32,000 nucleotides of DNA from Candidatus Helarchaeota ASGARD archaeon Hel_GB_B (GTDB lineage Archaea > Asgardarchaeota > Lokiarchaeia > Helarchaeales > HEL-GB-B): positions 1 to 32,000 of the forward strand of contig SUPR01000034.1 in assembly GCA_005191425.1 (NCBI GenBank), in the 5' to 3' direction. The notes under the pieces were generated by a model. It was given only the letters and a program-made list of their open reading frames with translations. It was not told the DNA's origin and ran no database searches. Of the stretch, positions 1 through 10,205 are shown piece after piece (within the stretch, counting starts at the first letter, position 1; each line of letters begins with the position of its first letter). A program made the position numbers and the translations under genes.

Positions 1-358
1 TTTATAAGTTTTAATTAATCTTAATTATTTTTCATAATAACGGTTTATTTTAAAAAATTATTCAATTAATTATTTCAATTCGAAAAATTTTGATTTTAAA
101 ATGGAAATTATCATATACGCAGTCTAAAACTTTCTTTTTGATATTATTCCCTACCCAATCTGATTAAATTAACTCGTGGTCTATTCTGTATATGTAAATT
201 TTGTTATTTATAATGTAGAATTTATTGTTTCAATGGTTTTAATGTATTTTTTTACTTGGATTTAAATAAGGCTAAAAATAATAAGATATTCAATTTAAAG
301 ATAAATTAATTTATAGACTTTGATTAAATTACTAAAAGAAAAATTAAAAAATAATGGT

Positions 359-1699
359 TTAAATTCCAATTATAGCGACTATCACCAGAAAAATTGCAAT
401 AATAACTAAAATTACGGTAAAACTTAGCGTTAAATGTTTTCCAGGTGCAGGCTCGGGTGTGGGTGGAGCGCCACCTTTAATTAAATTATATGCGACAAGA
501 GCATCACATCTACCAGACCCTTGAGTATTTGGATCTAACTTCAGATCAATTCCTGATTTCATAATGATTTGTTTGATTTCATGAGAACTTATTTCAGGTT
601 TAGCACATTTTAATAAAGTAGCAACTCCAGCGCAATGAGGAGTAGCCATGGAGGTCCCAGATGCAGAGGTATAATAATTATTAACAGGATGTCCCATACT
701 TGTATTTTTAGCCCGAGCTGCAACAATATTATAACCAGGGAAGCAAATATCTGGTTTTATACGTCCATCAGCAGTTGGCCCCCGGGAACTAAACCAAGCA
801 ATTCCGTCATTTTTATCTGTAGCACCAACCGTTATTACTTTTTTGGCGCATCCAGGTGTACCTACAGTTTTTGATTCTGGTCCACTATTACCTGCTGCAA
901 TACAAACTACAATTCCTTTGTCCATTGCAGCATCTACCGCTTGACAGACTGCATCAGTCCCATCGCAAGACCCAGATACATTAGCACCTAAGCTCATGTT
1001 CATAACATGGCAATTTTGTTTTGCTGCCCAATCAATCCCGGCAATTACCCCTGAAAATGACCCAGATCCATTTGATGCAAGGACTTTAGCAGCAATTAAT
1101 TTGGCTTTAGGCGCGACGCCCTTATATTTTCCTTTAGATGCAGCCCCTGTACCTGCAATAGTACTTGAGACATGAGTTCCATGTCCATTTCCATCAATAT
1201 TTTCTAAATCAGTACCTTTTTCACTGGTAAAATCAGCTTTTGCAATAACCTTATTTTTCAAGTCCGGATGTGTATCATCAATTCCTGTATCAATAACAGC
1301 CACAATTACCCCTTCCCCTTCAACTCCATCAGCCCAGATCTGTGGGACATTTAAAAGTGGGACTGATTCGGATAACATTACATGGACTTCCATATCTTCA
1401 TCAATAATTTTCACATCAGCCATTGGACTAATTGTCTCAAGTAAATCAGTAGCAGATGTTTCAACTGCAATTGCATCAATAATATCATAAACATAAAGGA
1501 CTTTAATTTGTGGATATTCCTTTTTTAATTTATCTGCAAACTTATTAGGATTTTTACATGTAATAATAGCGCTTACTTTTTCGACTTGCCCTTTTTCTAT
1601 ATCTCTAACTTCAACCCTAGCTTCTTTCTCAGCCATTTTTTGTAATTTTTCTACAAACTTTTTATTTCTGAATGCATTCAAATTTGCCATATAAACCAC
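359..1699 (-). CDS. Subtilisin-like serine protease (peptidase S8, AprX-like) with N-terminal propeptide, Pro-rich linker and C-terminal membrane anchor
   Basis: Catalytic triad motifs VAVIDTG, GHGTHV, GTSMATPH; oxyanion AAGNSG; linker PPTPEPAP; hydrophobic tail LSFTVILVIIAIFLVIVAIIGI. Confidence 0.95.
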   Translation of the reverse strand: MVYMANLNAFRNKKFVEKLQKMAEKEARVEVRDIEKGQVEKVSAIITCKNPNKFADKLKKEYPQIKVLYVYDIIDAIAVETSATDLLETISPMADVKIIDEDMEVHVMLSESVPLLNVPQIWADGVEGEGVIVAVIDTGIDDTHPDLKNKVIAKADFTSEKGTDLENIDGNGHGTHVSSTIAGTGAASKGKYKGVAPKAKLIAAKVLASNGSGSFSGVIAGIDWAAKQNCHVMNMSLGANVSGSCDGTDAVCQAVDAAMDKGIVVCIAAGNSGPESKTVGTPGCAKKVITVGATDKNDGIAWFSSRGPTADGRIKPDICFPGYNIVAARAKNTSMGHPVNNYYTSASGTSMATPHCAGVATLLKCAKPEISSHEIKQIIMKSGIDLKLDPNTQGSGRCDALVAYNLIKGGAPPTPEPAPGKHLTLSFTVILVIIAIFLVIVAIIGI

Positions 1700-2194
1700 A
1701 AATATTAAATCTATCTAAACTACTTGACCATTAAATTACTTTAAGTATATATTCAGAATTTTTATAAACTTTAGGTATTTGACAAATTAAGTTTTTTTTC
1801 TAAATTTTAAATATTTTGATTTTTCAATTTATTCCTTGTACCTTTTTTAATTAATAGAGAACAAAATATCTGCTTTAAGTTTAATTTTTTATTTTTTACT
1901 TCAAAATTGAGAATAAAATACTTTACATTATTATTATAATATTTTTCTTTAAAATTCTCACATATTTTTTTCTTAGAATCAAAGACATGAAATATAATTA
2001 ATTTTTTATATAAATGAAAATAAAGACATGTCCGAAGATATTAAATTTGTAATTTGATGATTTGATGATTTCTTATTTTATACTTTAAAATGATTTTTGG
2101 TTATTAGTAATAAATTACAAAAAAAATATAACAAAAAACGACTATTTTTTAATTTGAACATTAATTTTAAAATTTTAATTGAGGAAGAAGGAAT

Positions 2195-2719
2195 ATGGAC
2201 TTCGAAAAGGTTGTTAAAAATAGATTTTCTATTCGCTCATTTAAGGAAGATAAGGTTTCAGACCAAATTATCATAGGACTATTAAATTTAGCTATACGTG
2301 CACCATCAGCTGGAAATATACAATCTTGGGAATTTATCATTATAAAAAATAGAGAAACTATAGAGAAACTTGCAAAAGCCGCTTTAAATCAAATGTTTAT
2401 TACTCAATGTAGTCATCTTATTGTAGCTTGCGCGAATCAAGAGTTATCATCAAAAATTTATGGAAAAAGAGGATGGGATTTATATTCAATTCAAGATGTA
2501 TCTGCTGCAATTATGATACTTTTATTAGGAATTACAAATGCAGAATTGGGAGCGTGTTGGGTGGGTGCTTTTAATGAAAATGAGGTGAGAAAAATTTTAA
2601 AAATTCCAGATGGCATTAAACCGGTTGCTTTAATTCCAATAGGAATCCCAACAGGAATTGAAAAAAGTGGACCAACAAGAAAAAAACTCGAGATGAAATT
2701 ACACTTTGAAACTTATTAA
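2195..2719 (+). CDS. Nitroreductase family flavoprotein
   Basis: RFSIRSF, APSAGNIQSWEF and LGACWVGAF motifs; GAGGA RBS upstream of ATG. Confidence 0.93.
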   Translation: MDFEKVVKNRFSIRSFKEDKVSDQIIIGLLNLAIRAPSAGNIQSWEFIIIKNRETIEKLAKAALNQMFITQCSHLIVACANQELSSKIYGKRGWDLYSIQDVSAAIMILLLGITNAELGACWVGAFNENEVRKILKIPDGIKPVALIPIGIPTGIEKSGPTRKKLEMKLHFETY

Positions 2720-2723
2720 TTTA

Positions 2724-3458
2724 TTATATAGAATCATTATTAAAAGGTCTTTTAAGAAGGTTCATAAATTTACAAATATATAGCCCACATCTTGAAATTA
2801 TACTATTTTTTTTACCAAATGGAATAGTCCTTCCTTTTTTAATTTCTTCAATTATTTGGTCTAATGAAATTGAGTCTAACTCAAAACCAGTAACTCCATT
2901 TCCAATGTCAAATGCCCAGTGAGCATCGCTTGAACCAATACCAGGAATATTCAAAGTGGCGGCTAGTTTCCTTGCGCGTTCATTTTTATGATAGCCAATA
3001 CTTGCGTTAAAAGTTTCAATTCCATCAAAATTTTTTTTACGAGGTATTTTTTTAATAAAATTACCATTTACACTATTTCTTGTTATATGTAAATAGGGGT
3101 GCGCAGCAATAGCAATACCACCTGCTTCGCGGATTTTTTCAATAGTTTCTATAGCAGATAGATTTGGTTCTATGTCCTCAGTAATTCCAATTGCTACAAT
3201 ATCACCATCTGCGCTGGAAATTTCCGAACCAGGTATTACTTGAAATCCATTTCTATTTTCCATTTCTTTAAGAATTTTTATACCCATTAATCCCCCTTTA
3301 ACATTGTCATGGTCAGTAATTGCAACACCATTTAACCCTTTTTTCATTGCAACACTTATAATTTTTTTAGGTGTTGCTAAAGCATCTTTTCCCCAAATAA
3401 CGTGATGGGAATAACAACTATGTACATGTAAATCAATAAATTTAAGAGGCTTTTCCAT
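2724..3458 (-). CDS. PHP-domain metal-dependent phosphoesterase
   Basis: DLHVHS, TDHD, GSEIS, AHP and SDAH metal-binding motifs. Confidence 0.92.
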   Translation of the reverse strand: MEKPLKFIDLHVHSCYSHHVIWGKDALATPKKIISVAMKKGLNGVAITDHDNVKGGLMGIKILKEMENRNGFQVIPGSEISSADGDIVAIGITEDIEPNLSAIETIEKIREAGGIAIAAHPYLHITRNSVNGNFIKKIPRKKNFDGIETFNASIGYHKNERARKLAATLNIPGIGSSDAHWAFDIGNGVTGFELDSISLDQIIEEIKKGRTIPFGKKNSIISRCGLYICKFMNLLKRPFNNDSI

Positions 3459-3659
3459 AATTTTTCAGCCATTAATTTTGGTTTTGTTAAATTATAGTTT
3501 TTAGAAATATTGTTTTAATTATAAAAATCAAGTTAATTTTTAAGTGTTTCTCAATAAATACCTTTATAATGTTAATTAAATAAAAAAAATTGAATAATTT
3601 GTAAAATTTTGTTATTATTTTTATTCAATTTTTTGTAATAAATTTTTGACAAAATTAAA

Positions 3660-3664
3660 GGTGA
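3660..3664 (+). promoter_or_regulatory. Shine-Dalgarno site (GGTGA) for thiL
   Basis: GGTGA 7 nt upstream of ATG 3672; the same motif precedes the genes at 22541, 25628 and 30197. Confidence 0.7.
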
Positions 3665-3671
3665 AAATTTA

Positions 3672-4688
3672 ATGAAAATATCAAATCTTAATGAGCAAAT
3701 AATTCTCAAAATTTTTAGGAAAAATTTTATTACAATGCCAAATATTTTTTTGGGAGTAAATAAGAACTTAGGAGAATTTAATGACGCAGGAGTTATAGAA
3801 TTAGATAATGGAGCGTTATTAGTTGTTACTACAGATATGATTGGGTTAAAAACGCATATACCGGATATTGCTACACCGGAACAAGTAGGAAAAAAGGCAA
3901 TTACTGTGAATGTCAGTGATTTAGCAGCAATGGGAGCAAGACCAATTGGTATGGTAATATCGGTCGGAATACCTCAAGATATAAATGTAGAATTTTTAGA
4001 AAAAGTTGCAATGGGAATGAATAAAAGTGCAGAAGAATACGGGACATGTATTTTTGGAGGAGATATTAACAAAACAGATGACTTAATAATAGCAGGGACA
4101 GCACTTGGACTAACTACTAAAAATAAATTAATTACAAGAAATAATGCAAAAATTGGAGATATAGTCTGTGTGACGGGGACTTTGGGAGATTCTGCAGCCG
4201 GGTATTTCGCATGGAAAAATAATCTTAAATTGCCAAAAAATATTCAAGATGTACTTTATCCGAAATTTTTAGAACCAATAGCTAGAATTAAAGAGTCTTT
4301 AATTTTAAAAGATCTGGGGATTGTTTCATCTTGTGGAGATATTAGTGATGGACTTGGATGGGAATTGTATAAGACAAGTCGAGCAAGTAAGGTAAGTTTT
4401 GTTATTTATGAGGAATCTCTTCCAATTCAAAATGAAGTATTTTATGTGGCAAATAAATTGAAACTTGACCCTTTAGACCTAATTTTATATTATGGAGAAG
4501 ATTTCGAATTATTATTAACTATATATGGAGATAAATGGAAAGAAAGTATTAAAAAAGCCCATAAACTCGGAGTAAATTTAATTAAAATTGGCGAAGTTTC
4601 CAATTATAAAGAAAATAATATATTATTGCGGAAAGACAACACAGAGTACAAAATAAAAAATGTTGGTTATGACCAATTCAAATCATAA
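3672..4688 (+). CDS. thiL: Thiamine-monophosphate kinase
   Basis: NDAGV, TTD, NVSDLAAMGARP, GGD, DISDGL and GEDFELL motifs. Confidence 0.93.
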   Translation: MKISNLNEQIILKIFRKNFITMPNIFLGVNKNLGEFNDAGVIELDNGALLVVTTDMIGLKTHIPDIATPEQVGKKAITVNVSDLAAMGARPIGMVISVGIPQDINVEFLEKVAMGMNKSAEEYGTCIFGGDINKTDDLIIAGTALGLTTKNKLITRNNAKIGDIVCVTGTLGDSAAGYFAWKNNLKLPKNIQDVLYPKFLEPIARIKESLILKDLGIVSSCGDISDGLGWELYKTSRASKVSFVIYEESLPIQNEVFYVANKLKLDPLDLILYYGEDFELLLTIYGDKWKESIKKAHKLGVNLIKIGEVSNYKENNILLRKDNTEYKIKNVGYDQFKS

Positions 4689-4869
4689 TAAATTTGTAAT
4701 TAAAATTTTTCAAATTAAATTAGGAAACTTCCTTAAAGAAAATTAGAGGAGAATAATAAAAAAAAATTTTAAAAAAAATTTATTTAAATTATTTTTTGAC
4801 ATAATTTTTATTTTCTACAAACATATTTCAATTATTTTGAATAAAATATAAATTGTAAGAAAAAAGAAA

Positions 4870-5346
4870 ATGAAACAAATGAATATCAGAATACGAGAAT
4901 ATATTCCTATTGACGAGAAAAGCGTATATAAAATCAATAAAGAGACGTTAGAAGTAAGTTTTAAGTCATTATACAATATTTTTCATAGGAATAATCCAGA
5001 TTTATTTCTCGTTGCAGAAGATTTAATTTCAAATAAGATTGTCGGATTTATCCTTGTAACTATTACTAAAAAATTTGAACCAAGAGATTCAGGAATAATA
5101 TATGCAATAGCGATCAGTCCAAACTACCAAAATAAAGGAATTGGAAGAAAATTAATTGAAAAATTGTCTGAAAATCTCGTAAGAAGGAATATTTTTACTC
5201 TTTATCTTCATGTTAAAGAGTCAAATTATAAAGCGATCCAATTTTATTCTAATTTGGGGTTTAAAAAACTTGAACTGGTTAAAAAGTTTTATTCCTGGGG
5301 TGAATCAGCCTTTAGAATGAAATTAAATATTCAAAAAAATAATTAA
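4870..5346 (+). CDS. GNAT N-acetyltransferase, RimI/Ard1-like
   Basis: Acetyl-CoA motif YQNKGIG, LHVKESNYKAIQFY and FYSWGESAFRM tail. Confidence 0.88.
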   Translation: MKQMNIRIREYIPIDEKSVYKINKETLEVSFKSLYNIFHRNNPDLFLVAEDLISNKIVGFILVTITKKFEPRDSGIIYAIAISPNYQNKGIGRKLIEKLSENLVRRNIFTLYLHVKESNYKAIQFYSNLGFKKLELVKKFYSWGESAFRMKLNIQKNN

Positions 5347-5359
5347 TATGGGGACTTAA

Positions 5360-6058
5360 TTGAATAAGATTTTAAAAATTTATGATGGAATATATTTGAT
5401 TGGAGGGCCAGGAATTTCTGGAGATGGAGATTGTTTGATATATCTTATTTCAAGCAATGATGAATTAATATTAATCGATTCAGGGGTAGATGAAAATTCT
5501 GTTGATAATATCATAAAGAATATTAAAAAATTGAATCTTAATCCAAATAATCTTAAATATTTAATATTGACACATTGCCATATCGACCATATAGGCGGCG
5601 CATCGGCATTACAAAGAAAATTTGATATAAAAGTTGTTGCACATGAGATAGAATCTCCAATTATTGAAGGTAGAAAAAACCCAGAAAGAACTGCAGCATT
5701 TTTTTATGGAGTCGAATATGAACCATGCAAGGTAGACATTAAGTTAAAAGGAGAATTAAATATGATCGAATGGAAAGGAGATACCATTAAAATTTTATTT
5801 ACGCCGGGTCATACTCCTGGTGGTATATCGCTATATATTGATATTAATGATAAACGAGTACTTTTTGGACAAGATATTCACGGCCCGTTAATGAAAAGTT
5901 TTGGTTCCAACTTAAAAGATTATTTAAAATCAATGAATAAATTATTGAAATTAGAAGCGGACATTTTATGTGAAGGCCATTTTGGTGTTTTTGAACCAAG
6001 AGAAAAAGTGATAAAATACATTCAAGGGTATATTGAACAATATTCGCGTAAATTATAG
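5360..6058 (+). CDS. Metallo-beta-lactamase-fold hydrolase
   Basis: THCHIDHIGG, TPGHTPG, GQD and EGH motifs; TTG start after GGGGA. Confidence 0.92.
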   Translation: MNKILKIYDGIYLIGGPGISGDGDCLIYLISSNDELILIDSGVDENSVDNIIKNIKKLNLNPNNLKYLILTHCHIDHIGGASALQRKFDIKVVAHEIESPIIEGRKNPERTAAFFYGVEYEPCKVDIKLKGELNMIEWKGDTIKILFTPGHTPGGISLYIDINDKRVLFGQDIHGPLMKSFGSNLKDYLKSMNKLLKLEADILCEGHFGVFEPREKVIKYIQGYIEQYSRKL

Positions 6059-6229
6059 GACTTTTTCTTCATTTTTCTTAATTAATTTTATATTAGCGGG
6101 ATCAATTTGGAGGTTGAGAGTTTTAATTATTTTCTTTTTAATACTATAAATTGTGTCATTATCATCAATTTCAATTTCGATGATCCCATTGTTTTCTGGT
6201 TTTCCGAAAATTTTAAACTTGTACTTCAT
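6053..6229 (-). CDS. 58-aa ubiquitin-like (beta-grasp) small protein without C-terminal diGly
   Basis: IEIEIDDNDTIYSIKKKI...NIKLI aligns by eye with ubiquitin ITLEVEPSDTIENVKAKI...QRLI. The ATG at 6229 lies 1 nt past the upstream stop, so it is preferred over the ORF-track start at 6244. Confidence 0.55.
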   Translation of the reverse strand: MKYKFKIFGKPENNGIIEIEIDDNDTIYSIKKKIIKTLNLQIDPANIKLIKKNEEKVL

Positions 6230-6230
6230 T

Positions 6231-7337
6231 TTATGTCGCAACATACTCCAGATAGGCTTTTTGAAATTTAATGTAAAAAGAAATTCCTAATGCAATGGAT
6301 AAAATAGAACTAAAGACATAAATCAAAAAATCAGAAATACCACTTAAAATAAGATTAGTCAGCTCGACTTCACCCCCATGCATTGCGCCCATCATTAATG
6401 TAGAAATATACCAAGTTTCATATATCCATGAAACTCCAAAAATTATAAAAAATAAGCCAATGATAGTCTTTTTCCCTTTTGAGATATAACCACCAAAAGA
6501 TTGAAGGGTATAAATTAAAGCTCCAAGGACTATTAAAAGGTCAAATATAGATATTGTGGGTATCCAGCCTCTAAAATAACTTACAGCATAGATAATTATC
6601 CTTATTGGAAGATAAAATTGATATCCAAAACAGATTAGAAAAAAACCTGAAATATATAAACTAACACTAAACATTTTTTTAAAAAGAGAAATGGTAGTAG
6701 TTATAATCGCTGTAAGAAAAATACCTAAATTAATAAAAAATAAACTATCAACTGGATAAAATGGATAGACAGTCATTACAAGAGGTTTTAATTCGGAAAT
6801 GATTGGATAAGATAAGAAAAAAAGAATAGAAATAATAACACAAAATATTATGCTAAGAGATATTTTCCATTTATAATTTGGGATACTTTCATTAATCCAT
6901 TCAGATGTAAATTTACTAAAAAAGTTTATCCCAATAGCTTGAAAAACTAACCATGCATAAACACAAATAATTACAATTATTGTAATATATATGGTAAAAA
7001 CTCTATTAATTATTTCATTAAAAAAAATAAAGAAAATTAATGTGCCAAAAATCGTAAATAGAGGAGCAATAATGCCCCGCCATTTTGATTCTAATAAAAA
7101 ATCTCTTACTTTTTCGTGAGTAAAAGAAAGTAATGCCAAAACAAAAAACGAATGAGCAAAACTTAAACCAATCATTACTGTAATAGACATAACTGCATGG
7201 GGCTTTATAACAAATAAATTAAATGAACTTATAGTTAAAACTAGTGTAATAATTATAAAAGATATTGAATAATATCTATATTCTTTACCAAAAAGAAATT
7301 TTAAACCAGAAAAAAATTTCTCAATAATAGAAGACAT
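6231..7337 (-). CDS. Polytopic membrane protein of unknown function (about 9-10 TM segments)
   Basis: Repeated long hydrophobic stretches across all 368 aa; no family motif recognised. Confidence 0.75.
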   Translation of the reverse strand: MSSIIEKFFSGLKFLFGKEYRYYSISFIIITLVLTISSFNLFVIKPHAVMSITVMIGLSFAHSFFVLALLSFTHEKVRDFLLESKWRGIIAPLFTIFGTLIFFIFFNEIINRVFTIYITIIVIICVYAWLVFQAIGINFFSKFTSEWINESIPNYKWKISLSIIFCVIISILFFLSYPIISELKPLVMTVYPFYPVDSLFFINLGIFLTAIITTTISLFKKMFSVSLYISGFFLICFGYQFYLPIRIIIYAVSYFRGWIPTISIFDLLIVLGALIYTLQSFGGYISKGKKTIIGLFFIIFGVSWIYETWYISTLMMGAMHGGEVELTNLILSGISDFLIYVFSSILSIALGISFYIKFQKAYLEYVAT

Positions 7338-7398
7338 CTGAAATATTCCTATATTTGAATTTATTATAATCTATCTTTACTTAAGCAATACTATTTAA

Positions 7399-8322
7399 TT
7401 AAAGCAACCCACTTTTTACTAGCAATTGAAATTCTTCCAAAGTGAGGCGTTTCCCTTCTTTTACTTTTTCTAATGCTTTTTTTACTCTAGTTTCTACAAC
7501 TTCACTTATTTTATTAATGTCATTTCTTTTTTGAATTAATTTCTTTTTCAAAATTCTAATCCTAGGAATTAGCATGCTCAAATTTTCATGATTTTGATCA
7601 GCCAATTTTCTACAACTTAAAAATTTTTGGTGTGCTTTATCAGCTTCAGGTCGAATTTTAGTATCAATTTCATTATAAATATCGACCATTTTCTGATGAT
7701 GGATTTGACTTTTTTGAGCAATATTTACAATTTCTCTCTGTTTTTTCTTCAATTCTTTTTGTATTTCTTTAATTTTATTTAATTGGTCTTCGAGTTGATT
7801 CAATAAAATTAATAGGTCTTTATTACCTTCTAATGTTTTTTCTAATCGGTCAATTTGACCAATAATTTCTTTTTCTTCATTTGTATTTATAACATTGGTT
7901 TGGTATTTCCACTCGAGACTTTTAATTTGTTTTCGTATTTTCATAATTTTTTTTAAGTCTTTACTAGATATACTATCTAAATCCTTTTTTATTTGATTTG
8001 CATTTTTTTGATATTCGTCTAATTTTTCCTTTATTGCTTCTTTTTCTTTTTTTAGGTCTTTTACTTTTTTATTGAATTTGTCCCTCAATTTTTTTTCAGC
8101 TTGAGCTTGATTTAGGAGTTCTCCCACTTTAGAGTTAAGATAATCTCTTTTTTTAGCCCATTCTCTCGCTTCAGCTTGAAATTTATCCCTTTTCTCTTCA
8201 AATATTCTGGCTTTTCTTTGCAATTCTACTAATTCGACAGTAATATCATAACAATCTTCTTTTATATATATCACACTCGTATTTAAAAGACATCTATTAT
8301 GTTTGAAGTCAAATTTATTCAA
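7399..8322 (-). CDS. Archaeal coiled-coil protein (COG1340-like); true start uncertain, probably downstream of 8322
   Basis: Heptad K/E-rich sequence; KRDYLN, LEWKYQT, EEKEIIGQI, ADKAHQKF and terminal GKRLTLEEFQLL match the family pattern as recalled. Confidence 0.75.
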   Translation of the reverse strand: MNKFDFKHNRCLLNTSVIYIKEDCYDITVELVELQRKARIFEEKRDKFQAEAREWAKKRDYLNSKVGELLNQAQAEKKLRDKFNKKVKDLKKEKEAIKEKLDEYQKNANQIKKDLDSISSKDLKKIMKIRKQIKSLEWKYQTNVINTNEEKEIIGQIDRLEKTLEGNKDLLILLNQLEDQLNKIKEIQKELKKKQREIVNIAQKSQIHHQKMVDIYNEIDTKIRPEADKAHQKFLSCRKLADQNHENLSMLIPRIRILKKKLIQKRNDINKISEVVETRVKKALEKVKEGKRLTLEEFQLLVKSGLL

Positions 8323-8610
8323 AAATATAAAATTTTTTCTACATATTGATAATTTCTCAAGTTATTCAATCTCAAAATGCCGTTTTAATTATTCTTTATT
8401 AAAATTCTAAAATTTATCATTATCTAGACTATTTAATAATTATTTTTAAATATTTTCAAACTATTATGATATAAACTATAATTAAGGCATTAATATTTTA
8501 GATTAACGACTCTCAAATCATTATAAATATTATCTTAATGTGATTAAGATATTATATACTTTTTTTAAAAATATTAGTGAGATTCATAATTAAAAAAACG
8601 AGGAATCATT

Positions 8611-9933
8611 TTGCAAAATTTATTATATAATCGAAATGCTAAATTAGAAATTTCTCAGTCAAATGTTCAATTAGATTTTAGACCATATAATAAATTTTTG
8701 CATAAATTTAATTTCACGAAAATTTCAGAAAATGTCCTAAATAATTATTTACAGAATCAATTTAAATTTTATTCAGATTGTAATTATAACCTTAATACCT
8801 TGTTCAAAAGTTTCATACAATTATTTGCAAAATCATTAACAAAAAATAATAAGTTAGTAGTGGAACTGCCTGAAATTCAATGCACTTTAATAATTCTTGA
8901 TTATTTTAAATTACTTGATATTAGAAGGATTATTAATAAGGACAAAATGAATTATTACAAATTGTTTCTTGGGTTAGATAGATTATTATTCATAGATAAA
9001 GTAAATAAAAGAAATATCCCGAGGGAAATAAAATTTTCTAAAGGTGCTTTATCACTATTAGACCTGATAGATGAACAGATAAATTATGACCTAAATCAAA
9101 AAATGAAAAATAATAAAAAATCTATTAAAAAAAATTTGAAAAGTGAAATTATCAATTCAATAAAATTATTATCTATTTTGTTGACAAACTATGAAAACTC
9201 AAACATAGTACTCGATAAAAATATTAAAAACGCTACCTTAATTTTACATGAACTATTATTCCAAATACCACCTATTTATTATTACTCATTATTTGACCTA
9301 TATCGAATAAGGTATACCGATAAATTTAAAAATATGGTAAAAATTAAGATCCCTGAGTTATTTAAGAGAGACTTTATAAATTCAAATTTATATAAACTAC
9401 AAAAAATGGTTTCTAAACAATATCCGAGTTATGAATTACAAAATATAGGGTTAAATAATAGACCTATTTCTACATTAATATTTCATTTATTTATATTAGT
9501 AAATGTTAATGTTCATAATAGAGAAAATAATTTAGAAAAAGGATTTAATGATATACTTAATATTGCAATCGACCTTTTTAACAACAAATCAGTCCCTTTA
9601 CAATTTTTATCTAAGTCTAACAAAATTACAAAATATAATTTTCAGAACAAATTATCTGACTTTTTTAGATATGGCCTCAAAAAGTTCTTTTCTCCAGATG
9701 CTTTAAACTTAATTTTGTATCTCAAAAATTTTATTTATACAATTTTTGAAAAAAGTTTTGGGAGAAAAGAAATGTTATTTTCATATTTACATCTTCCTCA
9801 ACAAATAATTTCTTTTATAGTATTATTATCATTAATGGTTAACTTTAATTATAATGGAAAAAAAGTGAACATTGAAGATGTATGTCAAGGAATTAGAATA
9901 TATGCATTTCTCTTGTTGGACATAAATTTTTAA
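8611..9933 (+). CDS. Hypothetical helical protein, possibly with tandem AAA+ lid-like repeats
   Basis: 440-aa open frame with GAGGA RBS before a TTG start; no Walker A/B motif; lid-like segments described in findings. Confidence 0.6.
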   Translation: MQNLLYNRNAKLEISQSNVQLDFRPYNKFLHKFNFTKISENVLNNYLQNQFKFYSDCNYNLNTLFKSFIQLFAKSLTKNNKLVVELPEIQCTLIILDYFKLLDIRRIINKDKMNYYKLFLGLDRLLFIDKVNKRNIPREIKFSKGALSLLDLIDEQINYDLNQKMKNNKKSIKKNLKSEIINSIKLLSILLTNYENSNIVLDKNIKNATLILHELLFQIPPIYYYSLFDLYRIRYTDKFKNMVKIKIPELFKRDFINSNLYKLQKMVSKQYPSYELQNIGLNNRPISTLIFHLFILVNVNVHNRENNLEKGFNDILNIAIDLFNNKSVPLQFLSKSNKITKYNFQNKLSDFFRYGLKKFFSPDALNLILYLKNFIYTIFEKSFGRKEMLFSYLHLPQQIISFIVLLSLMVNFNYNGKKVNIEDVCQGIRIYAFLLLDINF

Positions 9934-10205
9934 TTAAATCATGATAAAATAAAAGAATCAAAAAAATGATTTTTAAAAATTTAAAAGAGAAGATTACCCA
10001 GTTTTTATGAATTCCAAAAGAATTTAAGAGAAATTGAAATATTATCTGAAATTTTAAAATAACTTTTAATGGCGTTCTACAATAAATTTTATATAATTTA
10101 TTCTTTAGAGGAATTTCGCTGGTATTATATGGGAAATATTTATATTCAGTTAATATTTATAGTCATTTTGATTATAAAAATAGAATTTATAAAAAGAAAA
10201 CGAAA

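Noticed and set aside
1-358. Start-less ~37-codon minus-strand stretch (SDWVGNNIKKKVLDCVYD...)
   Set aside because: No start codon or RBS and no recognisable motif; expected by chance.
635-874. 79-aa plus-strand ORF
   Set aside because: Antisense shadow inside the well-supported S8 protease gene; no motif.
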